DNA of 64,000 nucleotides from Ruditapes philippinarum (taxonomy: Eukaryota), in NCBI RefSeq assembly GCF_026571515.1, contig NW_026865440.1, positions 744,001-808,000 of the forward strand, in the 5' to 3' direction. Shown here in pieces: positions 27,200 to 41,300 of this stretch (the first letter of the stretch is position 1; each line of letters starts with the position of its first letter). The position numbers and the translations under genes were made by a program. The notes under the pieces are model-generated. The model ran no database searches, was not told the DNA's origin, and worked only from the letters and a program-made list of their open reading frames with translations.

Positions 27200-28583
27200 G
27201 GCTGTCCGTCGGTTTTTTCTTGTCCGCCCAATAACTTAAGATTCCTTTGACCCTTAGTCTTCATATTTGGCATGGAGGTTAGTCATGATTAGTAGATGAC
27301 CCCTATTGATTTTGAGGTCACTAGGTCAAAGGTCAAGGTCACAGGGGCCTTGACTTCAAAAAGCTTGTCCGCCCAATAACTTAAGATTCCTTTGACCTAC
27401 ATTCGTCATATATTTGGCATGGAGGTTAGTCATGATTAGTAGATGACCCTATTGATTTTGAGGTCACTAGGTCAAAGGTCAAGGTCACAGGGGCCTTGAC
27501 TTCAAAAAGCTTGTCCGCCCTATAACTTAAGATTCCTTTGACCTACAGTCGTCATATTTGGAATGGAGGTTAGTCATGATTAGTAGATGACCCCTATTGA
27601 TTTTGAGGTCACCAGGTCAAAGGTCAAGGTCAAAGGGGCCTTGACTTCAAAACGCTTGTCCGCCCAATAACTTAAGATTCCTTTGACCCACAGTCTTCAT
27701 ATTTGGCATGGAGGTTAGTCATGATCAGTAGATGACCCTATTGATTTTGAGGTCACCAGGTCAAAGGTCAAGGTCACAGGGGCCTTGACTTCAAAAAGCT
27801 TGTCCGCCCTATACCTTAAGATTCCTTTGACCCATAGTCTTGATATTTGGCATGGAGGTTTGTCATGATTAGTAGATGACCCCTATTGATTTTGAGGTCA
27901 CCAGGTCAAAGGTCAAGGTCACAGGGGCCTTGACTCCAAAAGCTTGTCCGCCCAATAACTTAAGATTCCTTTGACCCACAGTCTTCATATTTGGAATGGA
28001 GGTTAGTCATGATTAGTAGATGACCCCTATTGATTTTGAGGTCAAAGGTCAAAGTCACAGGGACTTTGACTTCAAAAAAGTTTGTCTGCCCAATAACTTT
28101 AGATTCCTTTGACCCACAGTCTTCATATTTGGCATTGATGTTGATCATGATTAGTAGATGACCCCTTTTGATTTTGAGGTCACTGGGTCAAAGGTCAAGG
28201 TCATAGGGACTTTGACTTCAAAAAGTTTGTCCACCCATTAACTTAAGATTCCTTTGACCCACAGTCTTCATATTTGGCATGGATGTTGATCATGACTATA
28301 AGGTGACCCATATTGATTTTGAGGTCACTGGGTCAAAGGTCAAGGTCACAGGGACCTTGACAAAAAAAAGCTTTTCTTCTCAACTGTTAAAGAATGTCCT
28401 GTCCGCAATGTATTGATTTTGACATTTTCACATTTGAAGCATGTAGAATACATAACTTAGCAATGCACTGGCTTAGTAACCTCAGATTTGGCAGGGAGGT
28501 TGTCCTTGAGCTCTAAATGGCCACCGTTGATTCTGACAAAGTGGTATGCGGGGGTATTCACGCCATGATAGTGGCAGTTCTAG
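27111..28583 (+). mobile_element. Complete non-autonomous Helentron-associated element (HINE/DINE-1-like) with internal tandem array
   Basis: 5' subTIR atacccccgca (27112-27122) and its internal inverse ggggggtata (27137-27146); (GTCC)n microsatellite ~27160-27210; tandem array; 3' subTIR tgcgggggtat (28547-28557); hairpin gcca..tggc (28562-28575); CTAG end in a T-run context with no TSD. Confidence 0.9.
27219..28370 (+). repeat. Satellite-like array, 8 monomers of ~145 bp (starts 27219, 27364, 27510, 27655, 27799, 27943, 28081, 28226)
   Basis: Monomer start cttgtccgcccaataacttaagattcctttgaccc recurs at 144-146 bp spacing; the sixth unit is ~138 bp (internal deletion). Confidence 0.97.
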
Positions 28584-31554
28584 TTTCCTCTATTATTTTA
28601 CATGACACGGTTATAGACATCGACACAGTGTCATCCATAAATACCTTTACATCCCTTGAAAAATACATTTTGGTTGACGATACGGAGAATTCATCCATTT
28701 CAGAAATACTTTTTATATTATTTAAGTATAAATTATAAATGATTGTTACTATAATAAATACAAAAGAGTTATAATGAAAAATTATGTCAATATATACATG
28801 TTTACACTTTGAACAATAACATTATAACATATAATATTAAACAGATTATTTTTTCTTTTGCATATATATATTAGTTTATTAGAGTCTCATCAATGTACAC
28901 CAATAAAATACATATAAAATTCAATATGAATGCAAATAGCCAATGTTTAAGATCTATAAGAGACTAAAAAGTTGAATTACTATTTACACATACAAATCTT
29001 AGATACCCTTGCTAATTTGAACCCCAGATGCGAACCTGTGTTAAAATAAATCTACTGAAGTAAATTAAAATACTGGGGGTAACAATGTACTTTAAATATT
29101 CAATAAAGGAAATAACAGAATAGTCACATTAATCACATCAGGTTTAGAAGATTAGCAAAGGTATTTTCTATATAATACATGTACATCTAAAACGCACACA
29201 TTTATTAAGAATAAATGTCAGTTGTATCAATGATAAAAATATAAGATTTCTACTATTCAGTATTTTGAATGTTTTGCCTCACACCTTGTGCTACACGAAT
29301 ATTTTTTTATTCAAGACCTTTCGAACCGCAGAAGTGTCTTTTTCCACTGTCTTTATTGCCGTACCATACGTTTTTACAGAGATTTAGGTCTGGCAGCTGA
29401 AGTTGCCATGACAAACAAACATGATTTTCTTTCCACTATAATACCGTATGAACCATGTGATACATTGTAACATCATTATTGTTGCAAACTTAAGAAAGTT
29501 TAATCATTAATACATTGACGGTCGGTCGAACGGTATTTCTATTCCTTACACGCATTTGTTGGACCACATCAACACGCAATCGTACACGAATAACGGTGCA
29601 CTGTGTCACAGGATCATCAAAGAAACTATGTGGAGTCAGGGTTGTGCAATAATGTGTGTTTATTATGACAGCTTCAGTCAACAGACCTCAACCACTTAGA
29701 AAATGCTCATTACTCCAATAAGAGCAAATAGAGACAACATACCACTGGCCAACCTGCAATATCATGAAGCAAATAACTATGATATTGCACAAATATTAAT
29801 ATTTAACTTTGTCAAATGCTTTTTCATAGCATGCCAAAGGAGTAACGGTATTTATGGATGACACTGTAAATTACAGAATTAATTTGTAATTAATTCAATG
29901 TTGAATGCAAAACAGCTCATTTATAATTTGAAAACAATTAAAAAAAAGTAAAAAATTAGATTCTAAATAATAATTTAGGAACTCTTTTAAATATGTATTG
30001 GAAAGCGGTTTGTTTTGACATTTCCTATCAATTTTGTTGCAATATTCCCTGAGATGTTTTGAAATAAGGTGTACTAGCTACACAATCTAATGTGTCTAAT
30101 GAATAATGCTTATGAAATTTAATCAGTATATTTTTTTAATTGATGATAAAACAAATATATCACTAATAACAACAAATGACAAACAAACACATTAAACCAC
30201 ATTTCGTTTTTTTTTCTTGTTGCGTTATATGCATCTATATTATCTCTAAACACAAATTATATGGAGAGATAGAAAGGTAACGTTTTGTTATGAATTAAAT
30301 AACTTTGAATTGCTTTAAGCTGATTAGGATTTGCAGTTATATATTGTTTATGGAATAAGGCTTTGCTGTTAATATAATGAACTTAACAATAGCAAAACTT
30401 TCAGAATATGAGAATTATTTTATATAAAAAATCAATGCAAACATAGACTAGATATGTAAAGGATGTGTATACTACGCGTTATGTACGGTTTATACTAAAA
30501 ATGGAATCATTTTTCCATTTACTAAATATAAAAGAATGTTCAAATTTGGACGTGCACATGTCAAATATACTTTGAAATACTAATAGTAAAAAACTTCTGA
30601 ACGTGATGAAGTTAAAGAAAAAATTTGCCGTTTAAATATTTTTTTAAGTACAGTGATTTTATTTTTTGTTAAATTATGACATTTTTTTCCAAATGTCACG
30701 GTTGCATGCACTATACACTGTATCATTAGAAATGGCATTTTTATGAGTAAAATGTTGAATCCAGTTTGAGTGGTTTTCTGAGGCGCCTGGTCGTCTCGAC
30801 TTTCTGACAAACTTGTTTAAACTATGTTATTCCTAATTATATAGTGTTTCAAGTTCCGCGAGACGTTCGCTGGTCAGAAAAGAAAGTGATTATTTGCTAG
30901 TTTAGAAATCAATGTAACAATGAATATGAAGCTCTCAGATTTGGTGGGATCCTTTTAATTTATTGCACTGTTGCACGAAAGCTTCTCAAGACACTTGTGG
31001 TATACCGGGTATTTAGATGTATCATTAATGTTCAAACGATACACCTGAAGAGAGAACTTGTTTTTTTTAAATAAGCATTTAAAAGACTGAATTGCTTAAT
31101 TTCATGTAAAATATTTACAGTAGAATTCCAAAGTCTTTTTTAAAGTCTTTTTTGCGTTATTTTTACGGGGTTTTGGACTTACTCAGTTACTTGAATGTAT
31201 GATATAATTGATGTTTTGCTACCACGATGAAAATCGACTGATTAATCGAAAAGAATAAAATATTTGAAAAAGAATATTTTGCTGACAGTATCTTAAAGTG
31301 TTTAAGAAGGACCTTTCAATTGTATTTACCTTATACACCAATTTGATTTGTTTACTTTACTATATTTTAAGCTTGAGTAGTGTTTTAATACATCTAAAAA
31401 GAAATATGGAATATGTTAATAGTAAGATAATATTTAGAATGTAGATCTGTAAGATCTAAGTCTTTACATGTTGAAAATAGTACCTTATTGAAGTTCTTGA
31501 TCACTGCTATAACATACAGGCCATCTCTTGATATAATACACAAAATATGACAAA

Positions 31555-32050
31555 CAAGATCAACAAGGAAAGGCGGCGTTCAATGAACGCAACCCCTACA
31601 CGACCCAGCAACAAGGACCAGCGGCCAGGACCCCAAACAAAAACAGGACAGGGCACAATGTAGAGCACGGACAAGATAACTTCTTTAAAAATACATAAAA
31701 GGAAATAATAGTAACCGACAAGGAAATCAAATACAATTTATTGATTAATAGGCCCACAAAGTAAAAGGGCACAGGGGAAGGGGACTTGAAGTACGGGGAA
31801 TGGGGATGGGCAAAAATAAATATAAAAATAAAACAAGGGGCAAATGAGAAGATACTAACCGTAGACCAGAAAAGCAATATGAAGGGAAACAAAAGTGACA
31901 CCATAATAGTGTGAAACAACAAAGGCAAAAACTTCACGTAATAAATAAAAGAAAAACAAAAGCACCCTACTTAATCAAGAAAACGCTTCCCCCAAGTATA
32001 GTTTAAAAGTAAACATTTAAAAGAACAATTAACCCCTTGAGATCTTGCTA
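31555..32050 (-). mobile_element. Degenerate second HINE/Helentron-type element (3' end preserved)
   Basis: On the minus strand: tgtaggggtt subTIR-like motif, perfect hairpin gcgttca-t-tgaacgc (31576-31590), then cttgtt end; purine-skewed body; 5' end not found. Confidence 0.5.
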
Positions 32051-35000
32051 ACAATTCAGACAAGGCTAACAAATGTCTGCGACCACAATCTTCTATTTTA
32101 GCTTGTAAACTTATAAAATATTTATACTGATTGCCTTATAAATAGGCTGTTATGTGTATGATCATTTGTCGTCATGTTTATATGTTATTATCAATTCAAG
32201 TGTAAATATTAGTTTAACAAATACATTTTTAATGAAATTACTTAGAACCTAATTAATGTCCACAGAGAATAGAAAAATCATTCTTTTCTAATACAAGGCA
32301 ACAGTAAAAATACATTTTTATCTCATTATTTTGCATTGATCGAAATAAATAGTTATATCACTAAATGACTTAAATATGTAATTTAGATAATATTGAACTT
32401 ACCCGTTAGTTTTTGTAAATTAATAATAATTTTTTCTTTGATAGTCTTTTGGGGATAATAGTTAATGTTTTAGCTAAATTATTTTAGGTTTATATTCATA
32501 TTTTGGTATTCTCTTTCATTCTATTGTTTTTTTCATGTAATTTATTTGTGCATTTTTGCAACACAAATGAGAGTCATTAGAGTCTATGATTAGATGTAAT
32601 ACCATAAATTATTATATTGATAGCATCAAGTATAACTAAAAACAAAGAAATTATATATGGATGTTGTTAGTAAGTGTGAGATACATGAACCGATATGACA
32701 TAACTTATTACAGCAGATTATAAATTGTTGTATGACAAATATTGGTATTCATCATATAAAAGTTCATACTACATTTGTAAATCAATTAACACTCAGTCAA
32801 CACTTTGGATTCAAGGAATATTGTAAAAAATATCCAAAATGGCTCATTTATTGTTTTTATCAATATTTGAAATTCTTACGGTACAGAAAATGTGTCCATT
32901 GTAGACCAATCCATTTTAGATATGAGAAAATATATAACAAAAGGGCCATTGAAAGAGAACATAAACCTATTACTATATTTTTTCACTAGAATCCTATTGC
33001 ATTACACATTATCATTCAATTCCAAAACAAGTGTCATCAACGATACATTAATTTATTTATTAACTAGAAACTCTCGTAAAAGATATAAACTGCTATTGGT
33101 ATTATTGCATTCACAATTTATTTGCAATAATAATTGGAAAAAGGAAAAACAAAAAACAACAAAAGCTGTCTGGCGGCAATATTTTCTGACCGGTGTGCTG
33201 TCGATGACCAGAGAGGAAAATATGACTACGAGGAATATATCATCACTAGAGGATTGATATTCTTGGATCTAAAATGAATAATAGTTGTCAGATCGGCGCA
33301 ACGGAGACCCTGCTATGACATTCGTATTAAAACCATTGACGTAGAACAAATTGACTCTGTGTTTTTCTTATGGGAAATAAAGGAGAAAGTCCGACTTTTC
33401 TAATTGAGACAGCCGGAAATCAAGGAACGAATAATCACGAATGATATTCTTCCGCGACATCCTAATATCATTGTTTGCTCTTATACAAATAATAAGAAGA
33501 AACAAAAACTAGTGTTCTATCTTTGGTATTTGTCTTAGATTTAATGTTACACTGAACACATTAAATACAAGTCTGTGAAGTCATTCAATAATTCAAAACA
33601 AAGTCTGCAGTTAAGTAATACATCCTTTTTCAATTACAAATTTTGATAAGAAATTATATTAAATCATGGTTTAGCTAGACCTTTACGAGGCCATATTGGG
33701 TACTCTTAACCTTTCAATGCCGTGGAAATCGTAGTGTTTCATCTGATTTATTGTCTCTTTCCAGAAATGAGTCTTTATTTTGATAAATACGTAATAAGAC
33801 CTAAATGTTATGATAAACTTGGCCGATAACACGAGTTAGAACCTTTCATCATCTGTGTGCATTAGAGGAAAATTACAAAACAGTGCTAAAACTACTGTTG
33901 AATCAACAAAATGAGATAAAATGGTACGTGGCATGCTTACAAATTTTGTATTAGTAACATAAATATGTGAATTTTGTATATGCCACCAAAACACACATTA
34001 GTTAATATTTTATTTACAGCTTCAAAGACAGAATATGTTTTATATTTTTTGTAGCTTTCTGAGTTCTCATATAAAATTGTAGATCCAAACTTACTAACAC
34101 TTGGAATGATGACAGCTTGAAAATATTACACTTTTGAGAACTTAAAAAAATAGTTTAAATATTTAAATATAGATACGGTAAAGTGTAACATTATTTTCCT
34201 GCAAGAAAATTTAAATCACTGGTTTGATCAATATAACACAATAGCTTTATTACTTTGACAACAACAGTAATATAGCAGATTAAGCTTGATTGTGATTTGT
34301 GATGTTTTTGCAGCTATCGTAAGTGTCAAATCGTGATCAATTAAGAACCAGTATTGCATAATGTACATTAACTACAAACTTCATGTGTGTACAGTTTTAG
34401 ATGATTATTTCACTTACAAGCATCATTAAAGTACCGAGTACACACATTTAGAGCCCTTGCGTTGATACTGACATGTCTTAGCTGTCAGAATACAGCAGGT
34501 TCAGCATGCACATTTTTTATCAGATAGATAGTAATGGAGAGTTCGAAACTCAAACTACCAATCCATTGAAATTGCAGAGAGAGAAAAACAGTATGTGAAC
34601 TGCAATATGATTGTACATTTTCTTTGTTAAAGAAAAGAAAAAAGGATCGGCTGATTTTTTTCATTTCAGTAACTATGTTTAAAGTTAGCATTTCAGTTAC
34701 TAAGTCTGATGTAAGAAATAGCTACTTATAACTGTCAGTCATCCAGTAAAGTGATCATTAAAGTTTTAAACACTTGACCCTAAGACAAAGTTTTTTTTCC
34801 AAACTGTTTGCCCTCAATGAATATGTTCTTCATATTTTATAAAATTACACAGAACGTAAAGCATTGTAATTATAGGTTCTGTATTACTTGGATGATGATA
34901 ACGTTTCTTACGAACTCGTTGCCCCTATCGTACATTAATAATGCTTGACCTATAATGTATACTATGAACTTAAATATCACAAACGTAGCTTTCATGTGTC

Positions 35001-37274
35001 AGTTATTGCATACAACACTTGCCCTGCTGAATTAGTTAAGGCTTTGTCCCTTTTTAAATTTGGAACGATACAGTTTTTGTTTCAAGTAGAATAACCTGCA
35101 ATGACCAAATTTTCAATAAGTATTTAAAATATGATAAAATCGTATCATTTGACAAAAAAACTGTAATAGAATTCTAAGTGATTTAGTATGAACATTTATA
35201 TCACAAAGAATAACATTTTGTTCTAGAACAATTCATTATCTCTTATATATAGATATGTAATATGTATCTTACAGATATGTAACATGTATCTCTCACATAC
35301 CATCAACATGTAAAACTATTTTAGGTTTGTTGTTACGAATGATACTTAGTACTATCAACGTAATTATTTATTTATGATAGACATTCCATTTTTAAGGGAA
35401 TTCATAAAAACGGACCTACATTAGTTAACAAATAGTATAGTGTCTGGTCAGTGTCCAATAATAACATATCACACCCGACATATTGGAATTGATGAATCAC
35501 CTTAAAACATATTACAATGAATTTTACATAATTTTGTACTTTTGGTATATTCTCAAATTGGCGGAAGAAAATTATCTTGTTATTTATTTATTATACCAGT
35601 AATAAACAATATGTTGGTAACAGGTTTGACAACGTTTTTCTTGTTTAGCATTTTTTCAGTCAATGCTTCAACGATTACATATATCCAATCGCTCGACTAA
35701 CAAAATAAAAATAAAAAATGTAATGCACATAAACTATTCTGTTTATTCTTGAAACTTGCAGAAAATATTCAAGGCAGAAATCCGCGTCGATTATCTATAA
35801 TCTTGAGCATCATCATCATCATCAATTTGGGTATTATAATGATGATTTTGTATTTATCATTATCACTATCATCAATTTTATTATTTACGTCATAGTTGAA
35901 AATAACAATAAAGGTCACCAATAATTTTATCTACAATATAAAGTAAATGAATGTTTTCTTGTAGGCGGAAGAATAACATATGAAAGCAGTGGAACGGCTG
36001 TCTATGACCGTAAAACGGTAAAATAGATTTCAATTTCTGAATTGTATCAAGGGAAATGAATTTAAACGACTATGATGAAACTATCTTTTATATCACACTT
36101 TGTATTTGACAAAATATAGAGGATTGCCCGGATTGTTTGAAATATTAATTTCTAATTAGCCACGGTTTAAAGATTGTAGAGAGCTACAATCGTGGATTAA
36201 TACCAGTCAATTTATATGTCTAGCTTTTTTATTAGAATTTATAGCTACACCATATAAAAGGAGAAAAGTACAATTCTCTCGATCAAGTTGACAACGTAAT
36301 TGATAAATATGTTGTTTATGACGTTCATTTAAATTAAATTTATTGGAGGTATTGCTTTTGTCCGTTTGTGCATGAGATCAAATGTTTATAGTACTGACTT
36401 GAACTACCACCATTATCATAATATTGACTTTAAAGTACCACAATATTAATTTCTATTTGTACTACTATATCAGCAGTTGTTTTTTTAATAATTTGAGTCA
36501 GCTTCAATAAACTATATAAGTAAGATAATATACATGCTAATACACAAGTATGATACATTTGTTTTTACTGCTTTTTTACACTGAAAAGCCAACTTACTAG
36601 ATTTTAAATAAATAATAATAATAAATACTGGTTAAAAAAATCATCTGCAACTGTTAGCACCCTATAATTAAGAAAGCACAACAACTAACTTTACGAAATG
36701 AAGGTTTATTATCACATCATTCAAATTCTCTTAGTTGTCCTAATACTGACAAAAGATGTTCACGTATAATATTATAAGATGACTTGTTCAATTTTGTAAA
36801 TGCCTTGCTCTGCTTTGGAGCTGAAACTTTTCAATTTTTATTTTAGAAATTAAAAAACAAACAAAAAATAATATGCAAAACTCAAGCATTTAGAGAGAAT
36901 ACTGATCTGGCTACTTTGAATAGTTTTCTTATCGCCATTAGCGTTAACATACTGTAGAAAATGGACATATATCCAAAGATTACGATAAGCGTATGTACGG
37001 ATGAGAACTGGGAGATTAAAGGGACGCAACTAACTCATTGTATAACTTAATTCATTAGAGGTTTGTCTCCTCTTAAATTGAATGCTGCTAGGCTAGTGTC
37101 ATAGGAGAAGAAATATTTGTATTTAATTGTTTTCAATCATGTCGTATTCTAATAAATAATAAAATAATCTCAATAAGGTACTTGTCCCTTATCCCGGCCA
37201 AATATATCCCGCTTTATCCCTCAGGTCTTTTTTAATAACTTGATTCTTTTTATCTTTACTTACCGTTAGTAACC

Positions 37275-37790
37275 TGTCACCCGCTACTAGATATTCTATG
37301 TCGAGTGTCTTGTGCGATGCCTCATTGCACTTTACATTTTGTCATATGCATGTGTAGCTATATTTAAGTTATTTCTTTGTAAATATGTGTTATAACTAAA
37401 TATCTTGGATATTAACATGTACATTATATTACATAATTCAGAGTTGAAGTATAACAGAATATGTTATTTGTATAATTAAATAAGTGAAGTAAATAAATTT
37501 AAGATACAAAGAAATAACTGAAATATGTTTCTTTAGTTACCTTTTGGCATAAGATATGACATGTAACCTTGATGTAAGTACTTGTATAAACGTGCGATCT
37601 ATAACAATAGTGATATTCTATGGATTGAATTTTACAATTGTCATAGGTATGTGTTATTATGTTTACTTCTATGTAAATATATGTAATAAATAAATATCTT
37701 GGATATATACAGGAGTCGTGTCTTTCGTCGCATTATAAGCATGTACCGAATAACACAAAAAATGGTCCATATTGGCGTCTAACGTGTTTC
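37275..37790 (+). mobile_element. Probable 5' LTR and degenerate tRNA-Lys primer-binding site of the Gypsy element
   Basis: Starts TGTCAC; AATAAA near 37685; tggcgtctaacgtgtttc (37773-37790) matches 13/18 of TGGCGCCCAACGTGGGGC; internal ~35-bp direct repeat at ~37378 and ~37672. Confidence 0.4.
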
Positions 37791-38549
37791 AACTTTAACT
37801 TCCACAAGTGATCAATTGTTGAGACTGAACAGATGATGTATTATTATGACCCAAGTGTGTTATACATTTGATCTTACATGTGTGAATAGTATTTCGTTTT
37901 ACTGGATTTGTTGGTGCAAGATAAATTCATTTGTGTAAAGAAGGATTTTTATTAGATTTTACTCTTGCAGAATTAGCATAATTTTATGACCCGAAAACCT
38001 TCTTCCCGCCAAGGATATTGTATTCCCACTTGGTTCTCTAAACCATATAATAAGAGACGTTGTTATGTTGTCAAACAAATGTTCCTATTTACAAATTATT
38101 TGTAAACATTGTCACGTGCGTGCAACCCGTTATTTTTTTAGCCTCAATGTGCTGGATCACATCTCTTCGTCGTTGGATTTGTGCAACGGACTTTATAAAT
38201 TTCTATTCCAATGAAAGTTTGTTATTGTTATTAAGTGTTTGTTTATATATATGTGAGTGTGAAAAGAGTATGTAATATTGTGATGCAGAATTGGATAAGT
38301 TTCATAAAGAATATTTTACTTAAAGTTAACAATTCTGCTTTAGTCTTGCATATATTGTTTTTTAAGAATTATTATTCATTTCGTATTTCTGCATATTATA
38401 AACCTTTAAAGTTGGCATTTTGTCTTAAAGAAGTTTTTGTTCCAGTAATTTTGATAATTTCTCTTTTAAACTAGCATTCATTGCAATTGTCAGTTCTTGT
38501 GTGGGTAATGTTAGATCGACTTACGAGTTTACTATGAGACCAATGCAAT

Positions 38550-41040
38550 GGAAATAAAGACTGTATCTGGACTTCTGAGGAAAAAACAAAACACCAATTC
38601 AGCTGTCACGGAAAACATAGACACTATTTGTTTTAATACAAATCTAGAAGAAGGGTGATCCTTCGGAAGCATTAATAATGAAAAAAAAGCAATATCCATC
38701 ACGCCCCTAGCTGCGGTTTGAGCGGTACCTAATTTTCAAAAATCTGGAAAAGGTCGATACCTCGGAAACATTTACCACAACAAAATAACATGAACATTGC
38801 AGACTCGGTTTGATTGGGTCTGTATATTTCAAACTTAAAAATGCTGGACTCAACAGTATGTCCTCGTGTTGAGAGATTAGACAATTCCGAAAAAACTACT
38901 AGAATTCCAGTTTGATTATGCAACCTTACAGAGAAACCTTTAAAGGTTAATGCAAGAACAGTCATATATCAATTGCATGAGGAAGTTGCCTTGAATGACG
39001 CATATTAAGATCCTGCATTTACCCAGTCATTTGAAAAAGATAAAATACTTACTTGTGAAACTCCCCAACCAACTGCATCTGAAAGTACAACATATTTACG
39101 CCGGAAAGATCATATATTAATCAAGTGTCTGCATCCGAAAAAGAAAATGAAGAAATTGAAAATATAGATGAGCACTCAGTGTTAAATGAAGACCGAAAGA
39201 TAAAAGTTTTGAGTTTGTTTGAAAAATGACAATCAATTTTCCCCGAAGAATTTGTTAGATCATGGTCATACTACAAAAGCGAAACATTAAAAATAATTCA
39301 CCAATTCACAACCTTTTAAAGAACCTTACAGAAAAGTTCCACCAGCACTGCTAAATAAAGTGAAACAACATCACAAAGAAATGTTAGATATTGCAGCCAC
39401 CCGTACATCCAAAAGTCCCTAGTCATCTAACGTCGTTTCCGTTCGAAAAAAAATTTGTACCATTCGCATTTTGCATCGTTTATTGCACACTTAATTTAAG
39501 AACCAATAAGGATGCATACGGAATACCGTAGATAAAACATACCCTTCATATGCTATACCTGAAATCTGGCTAATGAGAAGGATATGGGAAAAACAGCATT
39601 TGAAGTCAATGTCATCGAAGTCTATGAAGGTAACAAGATGCTTTTTGGCTTATGGAAGCTGTATGGGAGAAGTCATTTTTCATTTTCAGTTACGACATCA
39701 TCATTTTCAGGGCCGATATCAATTCTTATCTTACCTGTATTTTAACAGTATTTAAACGTGTAGCTGAATTTAATCTAAAGAAAGAGCCATCTGAATGTTA
39801 AATCCTTCCAAAAAGGAAACAACTTATGTTAGCCATGTAGTACCCAAAGATTGTGGCAAACCAAATCCCTCAAAGACTGAAGCAGTGAAGAATTTGCCGA
39901 TACCAAAATCTGTCAAACAAGTCCGACAGTTTCTATAATAGACGATTCATTCATGATTTTGCAGCTTTAGCCAGTCCTCTAAGTGATACACTGATAGGTG
40001 ATACGACTAAGAAAAAGGCAAGATATATAAAAAAGATTGTTAAACGATCAGTTTGGGAATGAATCGCAACAAAAGGCATTCGATGATGTCAAGAATCAGT
40101 TGACAAATCCACTCGTTCTTGGATATTCTAAAATACCAAGCCATTTATTGTAGTTGCTTCGTCATTTGGGTTTGTGGCCGTATAATACCAAAAACACGAG
40201 AAAACCCCCCGAGAGTGAAAGAAATTATCGAGCTCACAACCCAAGTTTTCTGACTACTTGTATGGCGCGAAATTTGAAGTTGTGACTAATAACAACCCTC
40301 TTATGTACGTGAATACAACGGCAAAATTAGATGTCACTGGTCACAGATACTAGTATCTCGCTGCATTACTTAACTATAACTACACTGCCACTTACAGGAA
40401 AAGGTTCTAACCATTCTGACGCAGATGGACTTAAATTTTACCCCGTGATGTTGTAGAGGCAGTCACAGTGGATTCTTTACCACTTGTAAATACCATACAC
40501 GATCCAGACATACCAATTCCCACAGATGACATCAGTATACCAGATGTCATTGTACAGTCTTATAGTTTATCCTCTAAAGACTGGTGTAAAGCACTAGCCA
40601 TGGATCCAATCATATCAGTTATTGTGGATAATTTGAATCGTGGTACAAAATCAGCTAGGACATTTGTCGTAAGTTATATACTTACCTGCGTCAATGGTCC
40701 CGTTTGATATTACTTCAGAGCGAACTTTGTAGAATAAAAACAACATCTGTATCTTGTGACGACCATCTTTGACTTTACCTCTGGAAGTTATGCATTTACA
40801 TGACAATCTCGGTCATCAGGGCCGTGACCGAACAACTTCTTTATTCAAGGAGTGATTGTTTTTGTCAGGAATGGACAACTTCATTGCTAACACTGTTGAA
40901 GATGTGGTCGATGTATTCGCCGGAAAATTCTTACCAATAATGTTGCGATGATCCCGAGACAGTATATTGCAATGGACATTGTCTGCATTGATTACCTATC
41001 TCTCTTTCTCTAGAAGGAGCGAAATGTGGATTTAAGTATT
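38550..41040 (+). mobile_element. Decayed Ty3/Gypsy pol (RT, RNase H, integrase N-terminus)
   Basis: Manual translation: LDHGHT, PFKEPYRKVPP, EMLD, SP*SSNVVSVRKK, LNLRTNKDAYGIP (RT); KAFDDVKNQLTNPLVLGY, DYLYGAKFEVVTNNNPL, NHSDADGL (RNase H); LHDNLGHQGRDRT..CGRC (IN zinc finger), MDIVCIDYLSL (IN core). Many stops and frameshifts; gag not recognisable. Confidence 0.92.
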
Positions 41041-41079
41041 GTGTATGCACAGGCATTTCCTTCTCTTAACATTATGTTT

Positions 41080-41300
41080 ATCTAAAATTTGGATATTTAT
41101 GTGACATGTTCTGGTGGCTTCTAATATGGCTATTCAAATCATCGTCTTGGTGATCAAATTGACTAGATCCTAGGATTTTCTTTATTACATATAAAATTTA
41201 CATAGAAAACAAACGTTAAAATCTCCTTGTCGAAAATGTCAAGGAATGGAAATTAGATATTCATAGTAAAATATAATCTTATGACCTCTACCACTTTTTT
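41080..41300 (+). repeat. Degenerate monomer(s) of a bivalve ~160-170-bp satellite/Helentron repeat (BIV160/Cg170-like)
   Basis: Motifs tttacatagaaaa, aaaatctccttgtcgaaaa and atgacctctacca recalled from this repeat family; not aligned. Confidence 0.45.

Noticed and set aside
27219-28370. CRISPR-like appearance of the regular array; ORFs 27085-27273 and 27960-28148
   Set aside because: Whole monomers repeat with no unique spacers, there are no cas genes and the context is eukaryotic; the ORFs are translations of the microsatellite and satellite.
31596-31937. 113-aa hydrophobic ORF
   Set aside because: Product of a pyrimidine-skewed strand of a repeat element; GTG start; no family motif.
35760-36020. 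Possible + strand exons (hydrophobic ATC-repeat frame; GGRITYESSGTAVYDRKT)
   Set aside because: Low-complexity or isolated; no compatible partner exons found.
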